In this document: in pieces, positions 48,468 through 60,215 of the stretch
Layout of the letters: each line of letters begins with the position of its first letter
Position numbering within the stretch: position 1 is the first letter of the stretch
From: Prorocentrum cordatum
Lineage: Eukaryota
Assembly (NCBI GenBank): GCA_963575745.1
Contig: CAUYUJ010000225.1
Location: forward strand, 682,001 to 746,000
Reading direction: 5' to 3'
DNA: 64,000 bases
Made by a program: the position numbers and the translations under genes
The notes under the pieces: model-generated
Seen by the model: the letters and a program-made list of their open reading frames with translations, nothing else
What the model was told of the DNA's origin: nothing
The model's database searches: none

Positions 48468-48690
48468 TACATCCATCCATCCATCCATCCATCCATCCAC
48501 CCATCCACCCATACATACATACATACATACATACAAACATACATACATACATACATACATACATACATACATACATACATACATACATACATACATACGT
48601 ACGTTCATACATACATACATACATACATACATACATACATACATACATACATACATACATACATACATACATACATACATACATACATAC
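48468..48690. repeat. (CATC)n-(ATAC)n tetranucleotide tract
   Basis: Direct inspection. Confidence 0.95.
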
Positions 48691-50519
48691 TGGTGTGCTT
48701 GCCAACTTACCATCGCGAATCTACCCTTCAGGCATTTCTCGGCGGTACGCCCAGAGGGAAAGCAAAGGGGGTGGGCCTTCTCGGAAGGCTCGGACGGCGT
48801 CCGACCTTTTGATAAGCGTTCGAGGCCTTCCCCGAAGCCAGAGACGATTTCTCAGAAGGCCGGAGGACTTCTGCTAATCCCCGCCGCCTTCTGAGAGGGC
48901 CTGCCCCCTCTCACTTCCCCCTTGGCGCGTCGCCGACTTGCACTTCCCTGGTCTATCTGCCTCTCAGACGGTACTCGCGGAGCCTCGGGCCGTCCCATCG
49001 GCGGCACCATCCGAGGCGCCACCCACGATCCGCGGGCGCTTCGCAGGGGGCATCAGTCCCGAGGGCCAGCGCAGCCCCCAGGCCGACAGTCGACCCCTCC
49101 CCTCCGAGCAAGAACGGCTACATCTGTGACGCTACAGAGTACACGGAGGCTGTGTGCTGACGTTGGAGGCACATTTGCCGACACGACACGAACATGCAGC
49201 ACAACACCTCATAACATACCATACAACCATGTTCGCACTGTTGTTTCAAGACGGCAACAGCGATTGTATTACACCGTCGTATACGAGTACTTATTGCATA
49301 CGGGTATTATGTCCGCGTCTGACATAACGAAATATGACAACGAAAAATAAGGCACACCGTAACCAATACAACACAACATGGTTGTGATACGGCGGCATAT
49401 ACGACGACAACGGAAGTGACATTTCATCATATGGCATGACAAGTTGAGTCGGTGTGTCAGAGTCTGAACTAATCATATCATACCATGACGAACATACTTG
49501 GTCGAAAAGGGAAAACCAAACAGGGCATATCATCAGAACACTACATGCAATTATAGTTCGTCGGATGGCAGCGTTGACGTTACATAACGAAATTGGGAAT
49601 GACGCAATGAATCGCCACGGATGGACGACATCATACCATACACGGCCGCACTTTCGGGTAACCAGACGCGTCGTGCGCGCCGAAACCAGACTGGCCGCAA
49701 GATCGAACAAGCGCAACAGCGACCGAATGGGCGACGAACTTAATGTGACAAGCGTCGCGGCGTCACGCCGGCCCGTCGAGAACACAACAAAACATAATAC
49801 AGCATATACGATATTTAAACATGAGTGAATACAACAGAATTCGATACCGAAAGCTATAACAACGACCGATACATGGCGCCCTGTCAAACGCAGCGTCCAC
49901 GCCCACGTAAGGCTGGCCATCAAGCAAAAAAGGCGCAACGCCGACCGATTAGATGACATATCAAAAGTGACAGGCGTCACGACGTCACGCCGCACCGTCG
50001 AGATCACAGCAGAGGAACAAACATGTGTACACAGCAAAACAAATACGAACATCATGTCACACAGTTAATACAGCATCGACAAAAGAATGCCATCCTATCA
50101 TACGCGACATGCGCGCCGAACCCACGCTGGCCACAGAGACAACCAGTAGCAGCAGCGACCGATTCGACGACAGATCCAACGTGGCAGGCGTCACGACGCC
50201 ACGCTGGCCTGTCCACAACAGATCAACACACATTGAAATTTCTTACACCGGGGAAGAACCCAAGCGAACATAATGTAGCACAGTAGTATACAGCAACCAC
50301 CAAGTTACAGCGTCTCATTATGCATCGTCACACCCTAATACAACCACCACCGACTCACGGCGCATAGTACTCCCGGAAAACAGGCGCCGAAAGTTTCGGT
50401 TGAGATCACTCTACGCGAAGTATTTGCTGTGATCAATGAAACCGGTCACAACACTTTGGATTACAGTGGTTGTTTGATTGATCACTAAAGTGATCAATCC
50501 ATAGATTTAATATTGCCTT

Positions 50520-52790
50520 GTTTTGCTGTCCAAGAATTCGGAACCTTTAAACGAGGCGCCAGCGCCAGTTTCCGCCACGCGGGCAGTTCGGCCGCGTCCG
50601 CTCCAGGGTGAGGCGGCTGCAGTTGGGACACTTCGGCGAGGGCGGCTCCAGCTAGGAGCAGGGCGCAGGTGTCGAGGTCGCACAGGCAAGCCAACCCAGC
50701 GCGCCCCCGCACCCCGCGCAAGCTCTGCGCCAAGGAGCCGGCCGAGGCCGCCAACGCCAGCTGCCTCTGGTCGCGGAGGCCGCGTCCGCCTAGCCGCATC
50801 GGCAGCCGGCACTGCGCCTGCTGCGCCTCCGTCGGCGGGTCGGGGCGCGCGCGCCTTGCTGGCCACGGGTAGGGCGTCATCGTAGGCCCTGGGCGTCGGC
50901 CTCCGAAGCTGCCAGCGCGCTCGCGCGCAGCAGGTGCTTCGGATTGCTGTCGCCGCAATGCCGGAGCAGAAGCCTGGCCGTTTGCGCAGCCAGTGGGCGC
51001 GGCGAGGCCGTTGGCACCAAAGGGCGCTCCCACCGCCGCTGCTCAGCTCAGGAGGGCAGGCGGCCCTGGCAGACCAGGCCTGCGTCAGTGGGAGCTCCAG
51101 CTTAGCCTAAATCGCGAAGCGCCCTCTGCGCCGTCGCCTGGACCCCGCCCGCCAATGCCGAGGGGGCCAGCGCGACGACATCATCCAGGTGGGCGAGGAC
51201 GCGCACATCGTCGTCTGAGTTGAGCTCCCGACGCTGGGCCGCCCCCCCGCAGAGCGCCGTCGAGAGCTGGCAGATGGGGCTGCAGGCAACGATAGCAGCG
51301 GCTTCAGCGGGCCCCCCTGGTCTACCCCGCTCGTGGGGCGCAGGCGGTGGCAGACACCGTCCGCGCCCCATGAAGAGACTCCGCGCGGCAGGGCAGGTCC
51401 GCGCAAGGCAGCAGCTCTGGCGCAACCTCATCCAGGCCGCGGATGAAGGCCTCGCAGCTGGCAGAACAGTGGGCGCTCTTAGCGTCCAGCGCAACAGACA
51501 CCAAGTCGGGTCGGCCTCTGCCAGAGCCCGCGCAGTGCGAGTCAGCAGCTCGGTGCCCGCAGCAGTGCCCACGGCAGACTGCTGTCTCCCAAGCGCCTCG
51601 GCCAAGGCCAGCGCGCGGCCCGCCAGCCGCCGCGAATGTTCGGCGCGACAATGGGCCGGACTCCGCCGCCTGGTTGTCGCAGCGGCGTGGGTTTCGCTGG
51701 CGCCAGGGCCGCGGCGGCGCTTTCTGGGACCTTGCCCTCTCGCAGACGTGGCAAAAGGCCGCCAGGGCTGCTAGCTGCTGGGCAAGAACGGCCCGCCAGC
51801 AGCTGCCGCGCCGCTGCCCCGAGGGCTTGCCTGCAGCGGTTTCTGCAAGGCTCGAGGGAACGGCGAAGGCCTGGGCAGCGGCGCCGCCGCTAGCCGCCGA
51901 AGGGCAGCGCGGCAACAGGGCGCGGCTGCTGGAGCAGCGCCTGCAGCTGGTCAGCCGTGTGGGCGTGAGCGGCGCAAGTCCTGGGCTGCCCAGCAGGGCG
52001 GCGGCTCGGGAACACTCTTCCGCCATCTCCTTTAAAATGACGTCGTCCGCCAGGGAGCGCTCCTCGCGGCCTCCCCCACCGCCCGCCTGCCGGCGCGCCT
52101 TGGCCCAGGCCGTGCTCCAGGCCGCCCCTAGGAGGGTTGCCCAGTCGCCGCGGAGCAACGCGGAGCAACGCGGAGCAGCGCTCGCGCACCAGCTGCGTGT
52201 GGTCCAGAATCTCCGCCGCCGCCGCCGCGCGCTGCAGGCCCCTCGCGCCCAGCCAGCGCGAGCAGGTGTTCCCGCAGGACGGACAGTTTCCAAACGCGCC
52301 CCTCCTCCACGCTCCAGGCCAGGGCACGGAGGATTGCCTTGCAGAGCTCCTCGGTGGCCTGCCCAGCCGCTGCCCGAGCGTGCCGCGGGACGGCCCGCAG
52401 CGCAGGGCAATCCAGCGCGAAGTCCTCCTGCAGGTCGAGGCCGCCCGACCCTGCGAAAGGCCTCGCAGGGCGAAAAAAACCCGTCAACTCGCGAAGCGGA
52501 TGCGCCGTTGCAGCCGGCGCGGGGCGCGCTCACCCAAGCGCCGCGGCGGCCGCGGGCGCGGCGCCCCTGGCGGGCGGCGCAGCAGGCGCAACGTCTGCGG
52601 CGGGCGGCGCCAGCGCGGCGACCGCAGTCTCGGCGACAGCAGGCGCCGCGCCCTCGGCGGGCGACGCCGCGGCGGCGATGGCGGCCGCAGCGTCGGCGGC
52701 GGCCGCGGCGCAAGGGCGGCAGAAGAGCGCGCTGCAGGGCTCGCAGTAGTGGAGCCAGCCGCTGGCTCCAACGCCTCCGCCGCATGAGGC
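50520..52790 (-). mobile_element. Degenerate CRE-like non-LTR retrotransposon RT
   Basis: PLRQPGGGVRPIVA, QSAVGTAAGTE, VALDAKSA, SGVDQGGPL, LAHLDD and LPMRLGGRGLR occur in shifting frames. Confidence 0.8.
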
Positions 52791-53113
52791 GCAAATCTCC
52801 CTCCTCCTCCTCCTCCTCCTCCTCCTCCTCCTCCTCCTCCTCCTCCTCCTCGTACTACTCCTTTTCCTGTTCCTCCTGCTCCTTTTCCTTTTCCTTTTCC
52901 TTTTCCTTTTCCTTTTCCTTTTCCTTTTCCTTTTCCTCCTCCTTCTTCTCTTCCTCCTGCTCCTCCTCCTCACCCTCCCCTTCCTCCTGCATCCTCCCTC
53001 TTCTCCTCAACTTTACCCTCCTGCCCACGCGGGCATTTTCGCGCGCGACCACGACGGCGGCGGCGACGACGGTGTTCTCCAGACGGCGCTCCGCCCCCAT
53101 GTTTGAGCGGCGC

Positions 53114-56100
53114 CTGCTCGTCTTGATGTGCACGTTGTTTGTCGGCCGGCGGTTTCCTCGGGGGGGGCTCGGCGGCAGCGGCGCCAGCGGGCACAGGGGC
53201 AAGAGCAGAGAGGTATAAACGGGAGGGGAGGAGGAGGTCGCAAGGAAGAGGCACGACCTTTCATTCGCCCTTCTCTCTTGAAACCTCTTTCACTTTTCTC
53301 GCTCCCTATCCTCTACCATGCATTTGTTCGCAATCGTCGTTGTGACCAGCGGATTTCCGATCCAAGGTGCTGCGCAGGGGGAGTAGGAGCAGGAGGGGAT
53401 GGGGACGTGAAGACGACGCGGAGAAACAACTAAAGGGGGAGAAAGTGGAGGTAGTGGAGAAAGTGGGGGAGGGGAGGGGAAGGGGGGAAGGAGGGGGTCA
53501 AAATTCCAAATCCTCCTGCTGACTCCTCCTCCTCCTCCTCCTCCTCCTCCTCCTCCTCCTCCTCCTCTGCTTTATAAATAACTTCTCCATGTCGCGCCCC
53601 GAGGCCAGTTTTTAGGGCGGGCCGGGCGTTTCGCCTGAGACTTCCTCGCCATGTATGACCCTGAAGCATCAAACATGGCAGCATATTCACAGATGGAGGG
53701 TGGGTGGTTTTGAACATGCACGCCTTAGCAAGGCGCACAATCGTTTTTGCAAACAATAAATATAAGAATTTCACGGAGTAAGGGCGACCCGTTTTCAGAA
53801 TGTAGCTCTCGTCTCAGCGCCGCTCACATTCGTTCTTAAATTGTGCAATCATTTTACGAATTGAGGACGACCCGTTTTTCAGAATGTGGCTCTCGCATTG
53901 GCGCCGCGCACATTCGTTCTTAACATTTGCAAAAGTGTCACGGGATCCCATGGTCAGCATACCAGAAATGGTGCTTTGAAGCGATTCTGGATTATGCGGG
54001 TGCAACAGTTACACTGATTCGCGGAGTTGAGGTCCCAGGAATGGCGTTCTGGCACGATTCAGGGTCGTCAAGAAGTAACAGTCTAATTAATCCGTGGCTT
54101 GGGAATTCCGAGAGCAATGTTTTGGCATGCTTCAGGGTATTCAAACGATTGTCTTCACACGAGGCGGTTCCTTCCGTGGAAATGAAACGTTGTAGGGACC
54201 TATAAAACGGGGAGCTTGGAGGGAGGGTTCAATCCGACATCGTTGATGAGTCTTGGGTTTACACTGGTCCTCCTCCTCCTCCTCGTCCTCGTCCTCGTCC
54301 TCCTCCTCCTCCTCCTCCTCCTCCTCCTCCTCATCCTCCTCCATGTGCCTTATCCGCCACCGTGCCTCGTGCACGTCAGGGCGTGGAAGAATATCAGGGG
54401 ATGCCTGGCAGGGCTTCCGTGCCTCGTGCACGCTGAGGCGTGGAAGGATGCCAGGGGCTGTCTGGAAGGGCTTCTAGATCCTAAAAGAGGACCCCCCTCC
54501 CTACTCGCCTGCATCGCCTCCCCTTCCCGAGGCCAAGATGCCTTCGATGCAAAAGTAGTTCTGCGCTCCCGAGACCACGACCCCTTGTAAAAGCAAAAAG
54601 GTTCACGTCGGTCGGAAGAAGTAGGTAGAACCATGAAGTAGAAGGCGGATATAGTGGATTGGGTCCAGGTCCCCCCAGAGAATAGCAAAACACAGCAACA
54701 GCATGTCGATTCTTGAAATAGGAAGGCGCTTGAAGTATATTGGGATCTAAGATATCCAAAAATACCCACTTTCAACGACGGGCGTGTACGCGTCCTGAGC
54801 TTCCAAGACGGCCCGGGCAAGCAACCAAGGACACCAAGATGGCCCAACACGTCTAGAAGACTGCCCAAAATGGTCCCGAGGCGGCCCAAAATTGCCTCAG
54901 GACGGCCCAAGATACCTCCAAGCGGGCTGAAAAGGGCCGAAGGAGGACCCCCAGCAGGGCCCGTAGAAGCCAGAATCATTGATTTCCATCTGTTTCTGAA
55001 TAGTGTCCGTCTTCTCGCCTTTTCGGGCCTCCGTCTGCCCAAAAAGCCTCCACGATGGCCCCAAGACGGCCCAAGCTGCTCCCAACAAGGTCCCAACATG
55101 GCTCAGGAGGCCCCACGATGCCCCAGGAGGCATCGAAGACGGCCCCAAGAGTGCCCAAGTGGGCCTTCCGTGGAACCCAAAACAAAAGGCCTTTCGCCTG
55201 CCTAAGATTAAGTCGGGCCTGTCCCCCTACAGGCCGATGTTGGACGAGCAATTAAGAATACCTTCAACAAATACCCCAAAAATGCTCAAAAATTGTCAAA
55301 ACATAGTCCCCAGAGTATGTTTTGACTATTTTTGAATATTCCCCCTGTAGAGGGACAGGCCCGACTTAAGCCTAAGACGGCCCCACAACGCCCCCACCCA
55401 CCCGTACGGCAAACAGGGCCCCAAGACGGCCAAAGAGAGTCCCAAGGGATCCCCAAGAATGCCTCGCAGGAGGCCCAGACAGCCCCACAACGTCCCAAAC
55501 GAGTTCCATAAGATAGCGAAGACGAACAGGTGACGCATGTCACGGCCTTCTTCCTCTTCTTCCTCCTCCTCCTCGTCCTCCTGCTCCTCCTCCTCATCCT
55601 CTTCCTTCTCGTCACCAACATCCTCCTCGGCAACGCCAGAATGAAGAGTCGGACCTAGCATGGTAAGCCGACCCAGAAAGAACCATTCTATCTTCGTCGG
55701 GAAGTAATGAGCGGCGCAACCCACAGGGCGCTCGCTCGTGACGGTGCGTACCGAGGAATTGGCGAACTTCTCCCGCGTCCAAGGCATAAGCCTCGTGCAG
55801 CATGGCCTCCTGCAGCTGACCTGCAACAACGGAGCCATCTTGGAACCAAACTGGAACCAAACTGGAACCAAGCAGGAGACTTGTAAATTCATGGCGTCGG
55901 AGCCATCCTGGAACCAAGCTGTCGCCCCTGTCTGATAGGGAGCTCCAGCGAAGGCCACAGTTGCTGCGGTCGCATCTGGCTTCGCCCCATCTCGGCGCAT
56001 CCCTCATACCTGTCGTGGCCCGATTGGGAGCTCCAGCCAAGGCCCTCAGTGGCTGCGGTCGCATGCGGCCCCGCCCCAATTCGGCGCACCCCATGCGGCC

Positions 56101-58259
56101 CCGCCCCATTTTCGGCGCACCCCGTCAGCATGTCTATGCGCATCTGGCGGTCCTGGCACACAGTCGCGCCACGCGTCAGCAGAGGGCACGTACCTTCGCC
56201 AGGGTCATCTTTCACGACGCGAGGAGCGATGGGGAGCCGGAGAGGGTCGGCTACACGCAAGAGTGACCCTGGGTAAGAGTGACTTTTGGTGCGCGGCTTT
56301 TTGGGGGCCGCGGGGAGACCAAACCTGGGCGCGCAAGCCGCTGCTACCGCCTCGTTTTCAGCCATCTGAGGGCCCATCTGTGCCCGCACCAAAGGTCCCT
56401 CCGGCGAAAGGTCACTCTTACGTCTAGTCGAGAGGGGGGGGTTCCTTTCGTCAGCGACTGGCCCATCCCGAACATCACGCGCCTCCGGAACGCGAGCTTG
56501 AAGAGCTCCAGCAGGAGGAGGCCCTCCGCTGCCGGCGCGTGGGGGGTGGGACGGGCCGGTCCGCCCAGCGCCCCCCGCCGCGACCAGGTCGAGGTCGAGG
56601 TCTTTCTGGACCTCCTCCTCCTCCTCCTCCTCCTCCTCCTCCTCCCCCTCCTCCTCCTCCTCCTCCTCCTCCTCCTCCTCCTCTCTCCTCCCTCCTTCTT
56701 CTCTTCCTCTCCTCCTCCCTCCTCCTCCTCCCCCTCCTCCTCCTCCTCCTCCTCCTCCTCCTACTTCCCCTCCCCCTCCGCCTCGCCTCCTCCTCCTCCT
56801 CATCTTCCACGGCCTCCGACTCCGCCCGCTTCGTCGCCGACGTCGTGGTCCTCTTCAGGGTCGGCGGCTTCGGCCGCCAGGCCCTCGCAACCGGAGTCAT
56901 CGGTTGCTGTTCGGCCTGCTCCGGAGGTCTCTTTGCACCTCCAGAGGCCTCTGGCCTCCGGGGACCTCTGAAGGCCCCGGAAAGGTTCCAGTTCCAGTGG
57001 CTCTTTCTGGCTCAGGCTTTCGCGCCAGGCTTCGTGTCTTCGCCGGCCTTCGCCAACTGTCGCTTGCTTCCGGATACCTTCGGAAGCCTTCGGACTCAAT
57101 CGTGTTCCTTCCTTGCCCCCCAAATTTCCAGAGATTCCCTCAACCTCGCCTGTCTCATCCCCTTCCCCTTCCAGTCACATCGTGTACACCCCTTATGTTT
57201 GTAACTCTTCGTTGTCTTCATTTTTGCGATCGTCATTATACTCCTTCTCCCCAGATTCATCTTCACAATGTTCCATTCCTGTCGACCTCCCTCATCCTCC
57301 ACCTCATTCCTCCTGTAGAAAGCGCGACATCGCTTCGCTGGCGCCGTTTACACATAAACGAAGCAGCTTGGTATTACCGCCTCCCTCCGCCCCACCCTAC
57401 GATTTAGATGGTCTGGGAACTGGCATCGTACCGACCCCCCCTGGGACCGGCGTTCCATCCCCAGCTGTTGTTGTTGACAGTACTGGGGCCCCAATGATGG
57501 CGCTCAGGAGCCGAAAACTTCCACATAGTATCCGTCGTGATGTTTTGACGACGCGAGGACGTCGGGCTGTCGAGTGGTAACTCAAGTCTCTGACCACCGT
57601 TTGGGACGATTCCGGCACCCCGAGAACACTCCTCGATGAGGCGCCGCTGCTGGAAGAAACACGCCGAGGTCACAGAGCCTACACGCGCCACCGAGAGCGT
57701 CCGCAAAGGACGCCAGGTCGCGAGGATGTCTGGGATCGCATGGTCATCTGGGAAAATATCATGGCACCCGCCATGATATCCATCCCCCCCTAGTCATCAC
57801 CCCCCTCTTTTCCGCCCCCGACATGGGAGTGGGAGGGGGAGGGGGCAGCGAGGAGGCCCAGGATCCCCGAGGGGACCCCCAGGCTCGCCCCTGGGTAAGA
57901 GTGACCTTTGGTGCGCGGCTTTTTGGGGGCCGCGGGGAGACCAAACCTGGGCGCGCAAGCCGCTGCTACCGCCTCGTTTTCAGCCATCTGAGGGCCCATC
58001 TGTGCCCGCACCAAAGGTCCCTCCGGCGAAAGGTCACTCTTACGTCTAGTCGAGGCATCGCATGAAAGGGGGAGGGGAAGGGTGCAGCGAGGAGGCCCGG
58101 GGTCCCCGAGAGGACCCCCAAAAGCTCGCCCCTGGCGCGCCTCCGTGTTGGCGGGCAGGTAGCCCATGGGTCTCCGACCGTCGTGGTAGACGCCGTCGGG
58201 CCCCCGGCCGGCGGGGAAGTCGAACTCGACGACGACGGTGTAGGGCGCCCCTCGGCATC
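53114..58259 (-). CDS. Spliced Deltex C-terminal (DTC) domain protein, probably a RING-DTC E3 ligase whose upstream exons were not located
   Basis: Exons 58259-58141, 56523-56445, 53156-53114 join in phase: GCRGAPYTVVVEFDFPAG..GYLPANTE|GLLLLELFKLAFRRRVMFGMGQSLTK|GNRRPTNNVHIKTSR. This fits the DTC pattern AYLP..EG..LL..AF..R..F..G.S.T.G...HxKT. Confidence 0.8.
55212..55365. mobile_element. TTAA-flanked MITE, second copy
   Basis: Same TIRs and TTAA flanks, with an interior homologous to 6787-6943. Confidence 0.85.
56247..56431. mobile_element. MITE family with AAGAGTGACC/GGTCACTCTT arms (other copies ~1165-1322, 47284-47447, 57890-58053)
   Basis: TCGGCTACACGCAAGAGTGACC...GGTCACTCTTACGTCTAGTCGA flanked by a GAGGG direct repeat; 57890-58053 is nearly identical. 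Confidence 0.75.
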
Positions 58260-59529
58260 CTCAGCGCGGCTGGTTGGGCTTCGGGCTGCACGCAGGCAGC
58301 CCCCCAGGTGGTCCCAGCTGGCCTCAACAGGCCCCCCGAGTAGCCCATGGCGGTCTCAATACCCCAACCCTGGGGTGGGCCCCACTGGCGCCGCCAGAGG
58401 CGGCGCCAGGGTGTTGAGACCGCCCCGGAATACTCGGGGGACCTGGTGAGAGCAGCCGGGACTGCCTGAGGGGTCTGTCTGTGCGCAACCCAAAGCCTTA
58501 CACCAATGAGCGCCGCCCTGATGGACAGTCAGTGCGGCAGGGTCGTGCCGTGACGGCTTGCACGCTGGTTTCTTACACCGCGTGGGAGGTCTGAATTCTG
58601 CTCTTGGCACTTATAAGTTGTTAGTCGTGGCGCTCTCTGAAAAAAGAGCGAATTTGAAATCTGAGTGAGCGCAAACGGCACCGTGAGCGATACAGATCGA
58701 GCTCGGGTCAAAGTGTGAACGTGAGTGTGCGTGTGAATGCAGGTGTGGAACATGATGACTTTGTACGGATGAAAAACGGAAAAAAAGTCGAAATGTGAGA
58801 GCGGGAGTGTATGAGTATCAAGCTAACCAGCTCGAGCGATTCAGTTGTCCCCGCCTATCCCCACCCGCCCTCCACAACCGGATTTAGAGTCTGGCGCGTA
58901 GTCACTCCCACCTAGCGATCGGGAGTTCGCTTGCGCGGCACCGTTTCCGACGACATCCCGCGGGAAGCCAGGTGCCGCGCACAGGCGGAAGCAGAACTCT
59001 CCAAAAATCCTTGCGCGGTGCTGGGGCAAAGGCGCTACTGAGTCGAAGCGGACTTTGAAAGAAGTAAGGGTAACGAGGAGCATGAGAAGGAGAAGGAGGA
59101 GAAGGGAGCAGGGGGAGTGAGGGGGAAAAGTAAGAGAGAGGAGGCAGGAACACGACGACTACAGTTAGGTGAATATTTTTGATGACGGCGCCATTTTTTG
59201 CACAAGGCAGCTTGCCGAGACACATCACCACATGGCGCGGAGGCGCCGGATTTCAAACCCCTTTGCTTAACGAACTTGTTCTGCTGCACTCGGGCGTGGC
59301 GTGCAAAGGGCGGCCGAAGGTTTCTTTAGAAAAAGCGGCCACGGACAATGCATTCTCATGCGTTCATTTCCATGATGACGGCGCCAATTTGTTGGCAGCT
59401 TGCCGAGACACGTCACCACCTGGCGCGGAGGCGCCGAACTTCAAACCATTCCCACGGCCAAGAGCCACAGGTGATCTGGCACATGAGATTATAGGCAACT
59501 GTGCCACTGTCAATAGAAGAACTGAATGA

Positions 59530-60215
59530 TGAAAACTTCTTGCAATAAACTCAACGATGGGGGGATCGGGTTCTGCTAGCTTGGAAAACCGAGCTCCGTG
59601 CATCTTGCCGCGAATGACGAGGCGAGGTTTGCCGGAGAACTTGCATATGCCACGCCGACCAGAGCATGCAAATCTAGCTGCATCAGGACTGCCAGCGTTC
59701 AACAAGAGGAGCCGAATTCGCTTGCGCGCAGGAAGGCCACAGGAACAGTAGTCAACACTGGGGTGCGGCCACTTGGCCAGCAGCCGCTGGCGCACAGGAG
59801 AAAGCCACAGTAGCGAGGGGTTGGATTATCCTTCCCACGCGGCACTCCCAGTCCTTCGGCGGTCTTCAGCAGCAGCCCCGCTCGGTCGATCAGGGCGTCA
59901 GCTTCCCGCACTTGTTCCTGCAGACGCCCACTCAGCTCCGGCAGCCCACGAAAGTGTTCATTGGACCGAAGGGGGGGGCGGCATTCCAGCGGCCCCGTTC
60001 TGGCGAGGTCTCGCGGTGGTCACACAAGGTGTCGCCAGCCAGAAGCCCCGCACTCTGCTGGCCTTCAACCAGCCCATCACAATGACAAAAAGCTGTGTAC
60101 GTCTGAGGTCGCGACGAGGGCCTAGCTTCTCCTCGAAGGAAATGACGCCGTACCCCTGGCCCCTCAAGAACCGCCCCGCAGGACCAGCTCCCGCGAAGAC
60201 GTCGAGAAAACAAAT
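59530..60215 (-). pseudogene. C5-cytosine DNA methyltransferase domain of DIRS copy 2 (disrupted)
   Basis: Motif I FLDVFAGAG, motif IV WLATPC with the catalytic Cys, motif VI degenerate as DNP (59822-59830), motif VIII-like VDYCSCGLPARKRIRL; spread over three ORF fragments. Confidence 0.8.

Noticed and set aside
48230..49090. Possible upstream hydroxylase-gene exons (ERELELTAEGFETGVDYASP; 48960-49090; also 46175-46240)
   Set aside because: No unique phase-consistent chain or recognisable motif could be established without transcript data.
51443..53218. 591-aa plus-strand ORF
   Set aside because: Antisense shadow of the GC-rich CRE-like RT plus simple repeats, with no domain motifs.
55690..55830. 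Exon-like segment GQLQEAMLHEAYALDAGEVRQF on the minus strand
   Set aside because: The flanking DTC exons already join in phase with a continuous motif, and no family was recognised.
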